DNA of 28,227 nt from assembly GCA_964621585.1 (NCBI GenBank), contig CAZULU010000003.1, forward strand, positions 1 to 28,227, in the 5' to 3' direction. The number at the start of each line of letters is the position of its first letter. Within the stretch, counting starts at the first letter, position 1. Below the pieces are notes generated by a model. It was not told where the DNA came from and did no database searches. It saw nothing but the letters and a program-made list of their open reading frames with translations. Shown here one piece after another: positions 8,211 through 17,794 of this stretch. This DNA comes from an uncultured Pseudomonadales bacterium. GTDB taxonomy: Bacteria; Patescibacteriota; Microgenomatia; UBA1400; PJMF01. The translations under genes and the position numbers were made by a program.

Positions 8211-9068
8211 TTATTTGTTTGTGTTTTGTAATCGTTCAACCTCATACATTTCCCAGAGCTTCAAATAGGCAACGCAATGATGTAAGCCACTATATACCGC
8301 AAAGACAAATCCTGGATAACCATCAACAAATCCTTTGTGACGAATAAATAAACTAAACCAAGTACTAAATGGCTTAAAAAGCATGAATCTTAACGAATTG
8401 TAGAAAGAGATGGTAACTCTGGCATCTCTAAGCTGAGTAGCTTTAAAACTAGTATACGTATTCCATTTACGGAGATACTCTTCAAAAGTTGGGTTGCCAT
8501 AATGGAGTAGATGTCCGTTAGCCCATCCTACTTCTCCATCGACTACCATTTGCTCGTGTACATCCTTTTGTGGTAAGCGCGCTTTTCCTTTTTGATACAA
8601 CCTGATGACAGGATCCGGATACTGTCCACCCTTTTTTAAGAATGAGCCTAAAAACCAATTTTTGCGTTTCAGCCACCATGCAGCGGGCAAAGTGATATTA
8701 TCAATGTGTTTGTCATTCTTGACAGTCTCGTCATCCTGAACAATCCCGTCATCCTGAACTTGTTTCAGGATCTGACTATGCGTCTGCTGAATAAACAATG
8801 CTAATTCTTCGTCCACAATTTCGTCAGCATCAAGTTGCAATACTAGATCTCCTTTGGCTTTATCCATCGCCATTTGCTTATTGATATGAAAATTTGCCTT
8901 ATTGGTAGTTGAGTGTACTTTAGCCCCGAGTTTTTTGGCTAACGTTATAGTTCCATCAGTGGACTCGCCATCCACGATAATGATTTCATCAGCAAAACTT
9001 TTTACAGACTCTAAGCACTTCTGTAAATTTTTTTCTTCATTGTGAGTAGCAAGTACAACTGAAATCAT
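8211..9068 (-). CDS. GT2, WaaE/KdtX/LgtF-like beta-1,4-glucosyltransferase family, carrying an in-frame REP-derived insertion
   Basis: ISVVLATHNEEKNL, DEIIIVDGESTDGT, LQLDADE, RKNWFLG, YPDPVIRL, VHEQ, LLHY, GFVDGYPG. Confidence 0.9.
   Translation of the reverse strand: MISVVLATHNEEKNLQKCLESVKSFADEIIIVDGESTDGTITLAKKLGAKVHSTTNKANFHINKQMAMDKAKGDLVLQLDADEIVDEELALFIQQTHSQILKQVQDDGIVQDDETVKNDKHIDNITLPAAWWLKRKNWFLGSFLKKGGQYPDPVIRLYQKGKARLPQKDVHEQMVVDGEVGWANGHLLHYGNPTFEEYLRKWNTYTSFKATQLRDARVTISFYNSLRFMLFKPFSTWFSLFIRHKGFVDGYPGFVFAVYSGLHHCVAYLKLWEMYEVERLQNTNK
8711..8773 (+). repeat. CGTC-type REP-like hairpin plus two truncated or degenerate 18-nt tandem copies, in frame (antisense) within the GT2 gene
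   Basis: 8747-8773 is CGTCATCCTGAACTTGTTTCAGGATCT, with a perfect 8-bp stem ATCCTGAA/TTCAGGAT and loop CTTGT. It is preceded at an exact 18-nt period by CGTCATCCTGAACAATCC (8729) and TGTCATTCTTGACAGTCT (8711; 12/18 identical to the 8729 unit). Confidence 0.75.
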
Positions 9069-9086
9069 AGTGATCTTTCTTGAATG

Positions 9087-9095
9087 ATTATAGCA
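9087..9095 (-). promoter_or_regulatory. Putative extended -10 promoter (TGCTATAAT)
   Basis: Perfect TGnTATAAT consensus in the 35-nt gap, ending 18 nt before the ATG at 9068. Confidence 0.55.
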
Positions 9096-9103
9096 AGTTT
9101 CAC

Positions 9104-10750
9104 CTAGTATTCCTTAACTTTCCATGAGTTACCATTCCAATACAATAGCACTTGTTCATTGAATCGATCATTTTCGTCTTTAATAAATCGATATCTACTC
9201 ACTTGTTCTCCATACCGGAAATTAATTGTATCTGAATTTTGCTTTACAACGGAATTGAAAAAATCTTGCGGAGGGATCTGCAGATACCAGGCTGTCAGAA
9301 CATAATGAAATCCTCGAGTATCAATGACGGCAACCGGCTCGCCAGGATAATCTTGCTCGATCTGTTGTAACACGTCGTCATATCCAGGCTGTAATATTGA
9401 TTGGTATTTCGTACTATCCTTGTACTGCAAAAAGTAAAACTGTAGATACGAACTGGCTTCCCAAACAAGAATCATCATGAAAAATCCCATCCATAGTATT
9501 CTCGTTATCTCTGGGTGAGAAGCTACTTTACTCAGCATGTAGCCGATAAGTTTTACGCCTTTGATACTTACTATTGAAAGGATAATGAAAAAAAGTAGTG
9601 TGCGCGTTGCATGAGGAGCGTTCACAGTGATGCTGGCCGGAAATAAGGATACTACTAACACCCAGAGTAACAGCAAGTCATTCCACTGCAGTATTGGTTG
9701 CTGCACTTTTCGATGGTGCACCAGTCCAATGACCACATGAATGAGATTGTATAAAACTCGGCCCAACAATACCCCTATCCCAAGTAATCCAAAAGCGAAA
9801 ATAGAGACATAGACATATCCCCTATCTGGTACGGCATGCCACGGATGTCCACCAGTGTTGTACAAAAGAAAAGAAGGATCAAAACTTGCAATATAATTTC
9901 TTGAGATTTTTGTAAGATAGAATACATACTGGTTACCGAAGATTGTTTGCCAGATACCGGAAAATGATGATCGGTAAGGAATATATTCTGCTATAAATGT
10001 GCTTTCTGAAAAGATGGTGATTTGACTTTTTTGCTGATTAAATGACTGAAGTGCTACAAAGCAACTCGACCAAACTCCAAACATTATGAACAATGTGATC
10101 AACCACTTTTGCCAGTGCTTTACTCCGCGCAAAAATGGTAAAGGCATTACCACTAAGGGAATCAATAAGAATGGAGCATTGTAGGTAAAGTATGATACTC
10201 CAACCAATATGACAGCTAATCCATCATATAGATATTGTTTTGGTCGTACCTTGTAGAGTAAAACCATTACGGCCATAGTCAACGCCAATGCGACCATTGC
10301 TTCAAAGGCTACGCGTGAATAAAAAATAAATACAGGGAGCAAGGCTACTACGGCTGCTGCAATTCCGGATTGTCGACGAGAAAGCAAGAATAGTGAACTC
10401 AACTTATAGGTGAGAAAAATGATAGCTGTACCAGCTGCTGCTGCCCAGAATCGAACTGCAAAATCACTATAACCGAAAACTAAAAAAGCTACAGTTGTTA
10501 ACAGAGGATATACAAAGGGTTTTTGATCTCCAAATGCTTCAAGAATGATAGGCCACCGTCTCCCCCATTCATCCGTTCCAGTCTCGCGTAGCAGATAGGC
10601 GTTATATGCAATTGAAGCTTCATCTGGGTTAAGTATAGCGGGGATCGCTCCGAGTTTATAAAAACGGCTAATAACAGCGACAACAATAACAGCTGCTATA
10701 AACCATGGAAATAATTTGATGATAGAGTCAAATAGTACTTTCAATCGCAT
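9104..10750 (-). CDS. GT-C membrane glycosyltransferase (ArnT/PMT_2-like), array member 5 in transcription order
   Basis: Polytopic; PAILNPDEASIAYNAY..TGTDEWG..FGDQKP..FGYSDFAVR; late motif APHATR; soluble C-terminal domain. Start moved from the GTG at 10762 to the ATG at 10750, 1 nt after the upstream stop. Confidence 0.85.
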   Translation of the reverse strand: MRLKVLFDSIIKLFPWFIAAVIVVAVISRFYKLGAIPAILNPDEASIAYNAYLLRETGTDEWGRRWPIILEAFGDQKPFVYPLLTTVAFLVFGYSDFAVRFWAAAAGTAIIFLTYKLSSLFLLSRRQSGIAAAVVALLPVFIFYSRVAFEAMVALALTMAVMVLLYKVRPKQYLYDGLAVILVGVSYFTYNAPFLLIPLVVMPLPFLRGVKHWQKWLITLFIMFGVWSSCFVALQSFNQQKSQITIFSESTFIAEYIPYRSSFSGIWQTIFGNQYVFYLTKISRNYIASFDPSFLLYNTGGHPWHAVPDRGYVYVSIFAFGLLGIGVLLGRVLYNLIHVVIGLVHHRKVQQPILQWNDLLLLWVLVVSLFPASITVNAPHATRTLLFFIILSIVSIKGVKLIGYMLSKVASHPEITRILWMGFFMMILVWEASSYLQFYFLQYKDSTKYQSILQPGYDDVLQQIEQDYPGEPVAVIDTRGFHYVLTAWYLQIPPQDFFNSVVKQNSDTINFRYGEQVSRYRFIKDENDRFNEQVLLYWNGNSWKVKEY

Positions 10751-10751
10751 A

Positions 10752-12554
10752 TTATTGAGCACGTTTGTTCGTCATTTCGCCGTCTGATTCAGTAGGCATT
10801 GATTCATATATCCCTATTTCAAAGCGGAGATTTCCAACACTGTCAAAAATCTCCATCCTTTTTGAAGGAACAACTTGCAGATTTCCTGGTGTTGCAATCA
10901 CCATGGTGGGTTTGGGCAAGTTTTGTAGGTTCTGCCATTGCATGGTTCGAAATTTAACCTGGTCTAAGTGTCCCAAGCCATTGTCTACGTACTCAAAAGA
11001 CTGATAATCCTCACCAGTGTAGTCACCATATATCATTAACCATAGATAAAAACGACCATCATTAACATCAGCAATAATACTCGGGTAACTGTCCTTTTCT
11101 TCATGGATAAAGCGTGCCAATTCTGAGTATCCACTCTGCCAATATTGAGCACTGCGTTGTGGATAGTGACCAAAATAGTCATGTAAAAACAAGCCAGTTT
11201 GCAATCCCACTGTGAACAGTATCATCCCAATAAATATTTTTTGATACATGGCATTCTTTTGAATAAATAGTTTGTGCAGCATCACCGCCAAACCAAAACC
11301 AATCATAAGCACGAGTGGTGTAAGCGCATTCAGGGAACGCAGTGCATGGGGAACTTCCTCTGGAACTGAGGCCGGCAACAAGGCAATTATCCACCACAGT
11401 GTAAGTACGGCCAAAACTCTCCAATGAGACCGTGCAAGGGTGAGTAAACCAAAGATCAAAACAGGCAGTAAACTGAACACAAACAAACCATGTTGGCCAG
11501 TACCGTGACGAAGATTTTGATCACCTGTCATAAATAAAAACTCAAAACGTACGTTTTCTGCATAATTTCCCAATAATTCTCGAAGAAGTAAAAAGTGTCG
11601 ATGATAAAAAACTCTAGACAGTGGTCCATTCCCCGCCCACTCACGATACATGTTGGACTGCATGGGAAGGTCAAACACATTTAAAATAGATTTTGCACTT
11701 AGCCGCATCGCTTGACTGGGCTGATAGTGAACAGATGTGTACAAAGGTGTCAAGAGTACTCCCCACAACACAAGCGAAAACACGATAACAAGCAGCTTTT
11801 TGATCATGCTTTTTCTTATTATTTGACGAAGAAAATCACTCCAGTTTTTTTGCGTCCAGAAAGGACTCAATACTTTGATACCATCAGGGAGATAGGACAG
11901 TACCACTATGGCTACGAAAATCACAGGCCACACAAAACGTACACTATAATAGCTGTACACACTGATTGCTCCGAGTAGTGCACTGAATGGATATAACCAC
12001 ATACTTCGCTGAGCCTTAAGAAGGAATAATACAGACAATGAAACAAAAAACTGTCCCAGGTGTCCTTCAAAACCATTACGAGAAAACATCACTGACCAGG
12101 GGGAAATGGTTACAATAAGTGCGGAAGATACCATCCATAATTTCTGAAGAAAGAGAGAAGCTCTTTTGCGAGTCGACCACCACCAAAGCTCCTGAGCAAG
12201 AAAGAAGAGTAAGAGAATTTGGGCAGTCCCAAAAACTGCACTGGGTAACCGGAGCGACCACTCACTCGTCCCAAACAACCAAACACTGATTGTACTGAAC
12301 ACAATATATGTAGGCAATTTAAAGTCGCCGTAAGAAAAAAACATTGGCTGAATTCCTGGGTCCCCATGCATGTCTTTGCCCGTTTCTGCAATTGACTTCG
12401 CGTCAACAAGCATAGCAATCTCATCCCAATATAATGAGACTGGTACTTCACCGAGTTTATAAAAACGTATCAATGTTCCAACAAGAATGAGACTGAAAAT
12501 CGTACATTGTAACCAATATTTTCTGATAGTCGTTGTGTGGAGAAGCTTTTTCAT
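10752..12554 (-). CDS. GT-C membrane glycosyltransferase (ArnT/PMT_2-like), array member 4
   Basis: PVSLYWDEIAM..TGKDMHG..YGDFKLP..FGTSEWSLRLPSA; GDQNLRHG; VPHALR. ATGA overlap with the upstream paralog. Confidence 0.85.
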   Translation of the reverse strand: MKKLLHTTTIRKYWLQCTIFSLILVGTLIRFYKLGEVPVSLYWDEIAMLVDAKSIAETGKDMHGDPGIQPMFFSYGDFKLPTYIVFSTISVWLFGTSEWSLRLPSAVFGTAQILLLFFLAQELWWWSTRKRASLFLQKLWMVSSALIVTISPWSVMFSRNGFEGHLGQFFVSLSVLFLLKAQRSMWLYPFSALLGAISVYSYYSVRFVWPVIFVAIVVLSYLPDGIKVLSPFWTQKNWSDFLRQIIRKSMIKKLLVIVFSLVLWGVLLTPLYTSVHYQPSQAMRLSAKSILNVFDLPMQSNMYREWAGNGPLSRVFYHRHFLLLRELLGNYAENVRFEFLFMTGDQNLRHGTGQHGLFVFSLLPVLIFGLLTLARSHWRVLAVLTLWWIIALLPASVPEEVPHALRSLNALTPLVLMIGFGLAVMLHKLFIQKNAMYQKIFIGMILFTVGLQTGLFLHDYFGHYPQRSAQYWQSGYSELARFIHEEKDSYPSIIADVNDGRFYLWLMIYGDYTGEDYQSFEYVDNGLGHLDQVKFRTMQWQNLQNLPKPTMVIATPGNLQVVPSKRMEIFDSVGNLRFEIGIYESMPTESDGEMTNKRAQ

Positions 12555-14245
12555 CGTTGGTATACCCGCCAGATAATTTGACCATGCAAATCAATAACAG
12601 TATCTAATAATTTGCCACCAATCTCTTGGTATTTTTCATCTGAGCTGGCAATCAGTCCGCGAGTCCCACTATGTATTGCATCAGAAAAAGTAATATTCTC
12701 GAATTCTAGGAACTCACTTTGATCCTTATGGACTGTTTGTGATGCATTCTGAACAAGTTTAGGATTAGTTTTGGAATAAAACCAGTAATACATAGCTGGA
12801 CGACCCTCTTCTCGAGAGATAGTTACAGCCTGATTAGGTTGCATATGTTGCTGAACACTGGAAACCATTTGTTGATAGCCGAACTGCCAAACTTGAGCTG
12901 CTTCTCGAGGATAAATTCTATAGTAATAATGGCTAAACATTGTAAATTGTAGAATATAGAGCCCCGTCACTCCAATGATTATGAAGCACTGCATACGCTT
13001 GTTTTTAAAGAATTCTACTACGCCTACTACTCCCGTGGTAATTGTGAACATCCACACAGCCAATGAGGGTAAGATTCGTAACGCATGTGGTGATCCAAAC
13101 GTTATCGATGCTGGAAGTATCGCAACAACTAACCAGAACCCTAAAAACAAGTATTCTTTCATTCTGTATAGTTTATAGAACCAAATAACATACACACCAA
13201 TCACCAGAAAAATAAATTCAATGTGATAGAGCTGTCCCATATATTGTATGGAGTGTCGAAGATTTGCATCACCGGCAAGAAATAAAAAGGACGGATGAAA
13301 GTGAGAAATAAAGTTTCCCAGAATTTCTTGGCCAAACAATATATATCGATGGTGAACAAGCCGTGCTAGTTGTGTATTTCCATCCTCAGCTATGAGTTCA
13401 TTACTTTTTTCAATGACAGAAATATCGGAAAATATACTAGTTTCTGCAAACCGCTGAGACGTCTGCTTTTTCCCAAGCGAGAGTAGCAACGGAGTCAGCA
13501 ATACTAGAGAAATACCTAATACTCCTAACAGCTTTGGCAATGTAGCAGCAAAATGCGACTTGAGGTGTCCTAGCCATGGCAAGCTAATAGCAATCCCCAA
13601 CATAGGGGCAATAATTCTCGTGGCATGATACGTATACATCGACAGAATAAAAAGAACTGCTGAACCCATCAATAAAAGTACGCTTCTAGTACTGTTACCC
13701 TTCCAACTTTTCAAGCCCAACCAAACTCCCCAAGTAATAAAACATGTGGCTAGGTTCACTTCCCATCCTGCTCTCGAAAACTGCACTGCCCAAGGCGAAA
13801 TAGTTGTTACTAGCATTGCAACAATCATCGCCAAATTTGACCGTACAGCTTGTTTTTTCGCTGGTGTTGTTTTTTGAAGCGAAAACAGATGTTGGGTGAG
13901 TAGACCAATCGCCAGAACAGACAGCGTGCCTGCTATCGCTGAGGGCAGTCGTACTGCCAACGTAGATAAACCAAAAAGTTTGATAAACGGAATAATTGCA
14001 TAAAAATACAACGTGGGTTTATAGTCTCCAAATGACTCAAAAGCTACGATCGGAAAAGCATTTCCATGATGATCCTTGCCGGTCTGTAAAATAGAATACG
14101 CATCATACCCCAGTGCAACTTCTTCCCAATACGGTGATGGTGGTACCTGATCGAGTTGATAGGTACGAATAATAAACGCACATAATACAATTAGGCTCAC
14201 GCTGAACCAAATAATCCAATGGTGATTTTTTATCCAATTGTGCAC
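12551..14245 (-). CDS. GT-C membrane glycosyltransferase (ArnT/PMT_2-like), array member 3
   Basis: PPSPYWEEVALGYDAY..TGKDHHG..FGDYKP..FGLSTLAVRLPSA; GDANLRHS; SPHALR. GTG start 2 nt after the upstream stop. Confidence 0.85.
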   Translation of the reverse strand: MHNWIKNHHWIIWFSVSLIVLCAFIIRTYQLDQVPPSPYWEEVALGYDAYSILQTGKDHHGNAFPIVAFESFGDYKPTLYFYAIIPFIKLFGLSTLAVRLPSAIAGTLSVLAIGLLTQHLFSLQKTTPAKKQAVRSNLAMIVAMLVTTISPWAVQFSRAGWEVNLATCFITWGVWLGLKSWKGNSTRSVLLLMGSAVLFILSMYTYHATRIIAPMLGIAISLPWLGHLKSHFAATLPKLLGVLGISLVLLTPLLLSLGKKQTSQRFAETSIFSDISVIEKSNELIAEDGNTQLARLVHHRYILFGQEILGNFISHFHPSFLFLAGDANLRHSIQYMGQLYHIEFIFLVIGVYVIWFYKLYRMKEYLFLGFWLVVAILPASITFGSPHALRILPSLAVWMFTITTGVVGVVEFFKNKRMQCFIIIGVTGLYILQFTMFSHYYYRIYPREAAQVWQFGYQQMVSSVQQHMQPNQAVTISREEGRPAMYYWFYSKTNPKLVQNASQTVHKDQSEFLEFENITFSDAIHSGTRGLIASSDEKYQEIGGKLLDTVIDLHGQIIWRVYQR

Positions 14246-14247
14246 TG

Positions 14248-16008
14248 TTACAGTGTATCTGGTGTAAATTTAATTAGGTACCAGATATCCTTAGAGAATT
14301 CTGAAGAGAATTCTTGTATAAATTTATATCGTTGATCTCCATCCATAAAATCTTTCAATTCTTTTTTTTCAAGCACATAGTATATTATTGAACTCTGCTT
14401 CTTATCTTCATCCCATTCTATCTCACCAAATGTAAGATTTCTCAATTGCTTTACATGAACAAAACCTTCGTCTGTGGGAGGATAGAAAGTAATGTGCTGA
14501 TCAATAGGTGAGAAAGTACGGGGATAGTAGAACAAGAAATAAATATATGGAGAGCTCGCTTCTCCTTGAAAACGTACTATTTGCTTCTCATCAAAAGATT
14601 GCATTACAGTATGTGTAATCTCTTTCATATGCCACGGCCAGCGATCAACATCCATTTTTGGAAAAATATAAAAGTAGGTAATCACAAATTGAAAGACCGA
14701 ATACACACAAACAAAAGACAAAGCAACAAATGAAAGTCTCTTGAGTAGATTTCCTTGAAATGTGTTCCGAAAGAGCGTCGCTGCTCCAAAGGCTGAAACA
14801 ATAACTAGCGGTACAAGTGCGGGAATAAATCGAATTGAGTGATCAGGAGTAATAGTAATAATTGGGGCTAGCGAAGCTATCACTAACCAAGCCAACAAGA
14901 ATTTTTGCCAGTATACCCTACTTTTTACCCACGTATATAACCCGACAGTAACAAATAGTACTTCAATGAGATAAAAATTGGCAATGTAACTAATATTATG
15001 TAAATTGCTGGAGTTACCGACAAAGAGAAATGTTGGATTCCATAATGTTAAAATGTTTCGAGTTACTGAAGTAATGTATATCGTGGCTCTATTTGAGTAG
15101 AGTTTGGCAAGAAATGGATGCAGCTCCCCGACTATCTGTCGTTTGGTGAATAATTCCTCTCGGTAGCGATGTTCAGCAAATGGAGAAACTCCTCCAAACT
15201 TGGTGGCATTTGCGCTGCCACTGCGTGCTATCAACACCATCATCATACAGGCTATCACTATTACCCCCGACATAAAAAAGACTGTTTTGTGATGTTTGAA
15301 CAGGTCAATTAAATGATCACGGTATAAATACAGAAGGTAAAAACCCATTACTGGGGTAAAGACTTGAAAAGAGTGATAGCCAAACAATGTAATACCAAAA
15401 CACAAAGCTGCAAGAGGAAACAACCATACTAAGTATTTTCTCATCCATCGTTCAGCTGACAAATTTCTCTGCAGTGCCATCAAAAAGAATGTGAGACCTA
15501 AAAGAAAAAATGCGAGAGTGACATTAGCTTCATACGCAACTCTAGATAGATGTACTGCCCAGGGATTAACGGCTAAGAAACCTCCGACTACCACTGGCAT
15601 CCAGCGAATTAACGGAGTTTGTTTCTCCTTCTCCAATAACAATCTCGTCACAATCACAGACAGTACCACTATCGCGATCCCCGCTAGAGCAGATGGTAAT
15701 CGCACACTCCATTCATTGAGCCCAAATGCTGCAATTGAGGGAATTGTTAGGTACACATATAAAGGAAGTTTCCAGTCTCCAAATGACTGAATGTTGATTG
15801 GAAAGGCTATCCCATGCTCTTCTTTTCCAGTTGTAAGTATTGAATAGGCAGTGTATCCCAAAGAAGCTTCATCTCGATTCAGCGCTATAGGAATTTCCCC
15901 TAGCTTCCAAAACCTTAAAATGACGGCTATACAAAGAACAAAAAATACTATGACAATCTGAAATCGAGAAAATGGAGTGTGCTGAAGTCGTAGTAGAAAA
16001 TTTCTCAT
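14248..16008 (-). CDS. GT-C membrane glycosyltransferase (ArnT/PMT_2-like), array member 2
   Basis: PIALNRDEASLGYTAY..TGKEEHG..FGDWKLP..FGLNEWSVRLPSA; PDHSIR. ATG 2 nt after the upstream stop. Confidence 0.85.
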   Translation of the reverse strand: MRNFLLRLQHTPFSRFQIVIVFFVLCIAVILRFWKLGEIPIALNRDEASLGYTAYSILTTGKEEHGIAFPINIQSFGDWKLPLYVYLTIPSIAAFGLNEWSVRLPSALAGIAIVVLSVIVTRLLLEKEKQTPLIRWMPVVVGGFLAVNPWAVHLSRVAYEANVTLAFFLLGLTFFLMALQRNLSAERWMRKYLVWLFPLAALCFGITLFGYHSFQVFTPVMGFYLLYLYRDHLIDLFKHHKTVFFMSGVIVIACMMMVLIARSGSANATKFGGVSPFAEHRYREELFTKRQIVGELHPFLAKLYSNRATIYITSVTRNILTLWNPTFLFVGNSSNLHNISYIANFYLIEVLFVTVGLYTWVKSRVYWQKFLLAWLVIASLAPIITITPDHSIRFIPALVPLVIVSAFGAATLFRNTFQGNLLKRLSFVALSFVCVYSVFQFVITYFYIFPKMDVDRWPWHMKEITHTVMQSFDEKQIVRFQGEASSPYIYFLFYYPRTFSPIDQHITFYPPTDEGFVHVKQLRNLTFGEIEWDEDKKQSSIIYYVLEKKELKDFMDGDQRYKFIQEFSSEFSKDIWYLIKFTPDTL

Positions 16009-16010
16009 AG

Positions 16011-17702
16011 TTAGGGTTGCAGTTGCTTCGGAGTAATAATCACAAACTTGACTTCACCATTGGGAGCAATAACTACATCATCAGCTTTTGTTGGCGAGAT
16101 TTGCTGAGGAGTTGCAATAATCAACGTGTTATGACGGAGCAAGTCTGCTTCAGAAATTCTATCTGTAAATTCATATTTAATAAGTGATCCACCTTGGTAC
16201 CAAATTGGATTTGTTTTTCGAGCAAATAAAGCATAAATATACGGTTGACCATACGAAGAAGTAAACAGAATTTTGTCAGCTGTATCTTCGTATTGTTTGG
16301 CATATTCCATAGCTTGCTCATAACCATAGTAGAAATCTGTTGAAGAATCTTGATAAAACTGTGAAAAATAGCGATGGCGGTAACTTAAGAATAATACGCT
16401 ATGCAGTAAGAGGGTCATACCAACGATACTCCTGAAAATATTTAGAACATCATCATTGCTAACGTGAAAACCAAGTATCTTAATGTGGGGGAGCCTTTTT
16501 TCTGAGATAAATGAAAGCAGTCTCTCAACAGCGACTATACTTGCCAACAGAAAACCAGGATATGCAATGAGCGCTCTAATAGAGTGCGGAACTTCTACTC
16601 CAATTGCAGCGGGAACTATTCCCAAAATTATCCACCCCACAATGAAAACTAGACCCTGATTTTTGAAACTTACCGGCACTCTATTTAGATATTTTTGCAA
16701 GATAGTCGCAAGAAAAATCAGCAACAACAGCGCTTCAGTAATCAATAAGACCCCCCAGTGACCGTCACCATGTCTTAGCGAAGTGGTTTGTCCCCAAATT
16801 AAAAACTGTGGTGATAGATGACGCCAGAAGTTCCCAAATGCAATTCCTAACTGAGAGTACCAATAAGAATCTGAATGAAATATTGAGGTCTGTGTAAAAC
16901 GGTCGCCACCACTCCCCCACAGTGTATCTATTATCATTGGACGCAAAAGGATAAGGCCAACCACTGTAGCAGTCATCACTGGAAGTCGGTGCTTCCAAAA
17001 AGTCTTAAAATGAAGAACAAACACGAAGAGTAAAAACAAGGGCACAAATACTTTGGCACTATGATAAGCGTAAAGAGAACATACAAAATTCACACTCGAG
17101 AAAAAAAGTATTGAGAAATGTAGAAATGGCTTCTTGAACTTCTGCTGTAAGAAAAGAATTAAAAATAAAGTTCCCCAAATAATAAAAAATAATGAGATCC
17201 CTGCTTCAAATCCAGCTCGCGAAAAATGAAAATGCCACGGAGATGTTGTTAATAGAAAACCACTCATAAGCGACAAAACTTGCACTCTTCTTTGAGCAAG
17301 CTCTGGAGCATAAAATTCCAGAAATGACTTTGTTAACAAAATCACTCCCAGCACACTTCCTACTCCTGCTAAAGCAAAGGGTAATCGCACTGCCCACAAA
17401 TTTAGTCCAAACACAAAAGTAAAAATACCACTCATGTAAATTGCTAACGGTGCTTTGAAATCACCAAAGGATTTGAATGAAACTGGCAATCGAACCAGCC
17501 ACTCGTCTCGCCGTGTCGTGACAATAGCATGTCCATTGTATCCGATTGCAGCTTCATCCCAAGTCATACCGGCCGGAACAACACTCAACCTATCTAGGCG
17601 TAGAAATAGCGCAATTGCCATCAATATTGCAGTAACTATGACAAACCAATGGCGTACAATGAAGGGAGGAAATACAGAGGAGGGTGATATTTCTTTTGAC
17701 AC
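16011..17702 (-). CDS. GT-C membrane glycosyltransferase (ArnT/PMT_2-like), array member 1
   Basis: PAGMTWDEAAIGYNG..TRRDEW..FGDFKAP..FGLNLWAVRLP; TSLRHG; VPHSIR. GTG start, so the exact start is less certain. Confidence 0.85.
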   Translation of the reverse strand: MSKEISPSSVFPPFIVRHWFVIVTAILMAIALFLRLDRLSVVPAGMTWDEAAIGYNGHAIVTTRRDEWLVRLPVSFKSFGDFKAPLAIYMSGIFTFVFGLNLWAVRLPFALAGVGSVLGVILLTKSFLEFYAPELAQRRVQVLSLMSGFLLTTSPWHFHFSRAGFEAGISLFFIIWGTLFLILFLQQKFKKPFLHFSILFFSSVNFVCSLYAYHSAKVFVPLFLLFVFVLHFKTFWKHRLPVMTATVVGLILLRPMIIDTLWGSGGDRFTQTSIFHSDSYWYSQLGIAFGNFWRHLSPQFLIWGQTTSLRHGDGHWGVLLITEALLLLIFLATILQKYLNRVPVSFKNQGLVFIVGWIILGIVPAAIGVEVPHSIRALIAYPGFLLASIVAVERLLSFISEKRLPHIKILGFHVSNDDVLNIFRSIVGMTLLLHSVLFLSYRHRYFSQFYQDSSTDFYYGYEQAMEYAKQYEDTADKILFTSSYGQPYIYALFARKTNPIWYQGGSLIKYEFTDRISEADLLRHNTLIIATPQQISPTKADDVVIAPNGEVKFVIITPKQLQP

Positions 17703-17708
17703 ATAGTA

Positions 17709-17717
17709 ATAATATCA
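17709..17717 (-). promoter_or_regulatory. Putative extended -10 promoter (TGATATTAT)
   Basis: TGn plus TATTAT (5/6 match to TATAAT), ending 6 nt before the GTG at 17702, in the 92-nt gap. Confidence 0.35.
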
Positions 17718-17794
17718 CGAATTAGTAGCTCAGCTAGAGAAAGTTTCCATAGAAAACGGCCGTGTTGATAATGTCGTACCTACTATTCAACTAT

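Noticed and set aside
8711-8773. 18-nt periodic repeat as a possible CRISPR remnant
   Set aside because: The units are contiguous with no spacers, too short, inside an intact gene, and no cas genes are present.
17563-17579. GTCATACCGGCCGGAAC (PAGMT), resembling a REP translation product
   Set aside because: It aligns without a gap to the P-x4-DE motif of the four paralogs, and there is no 8-bp stem.
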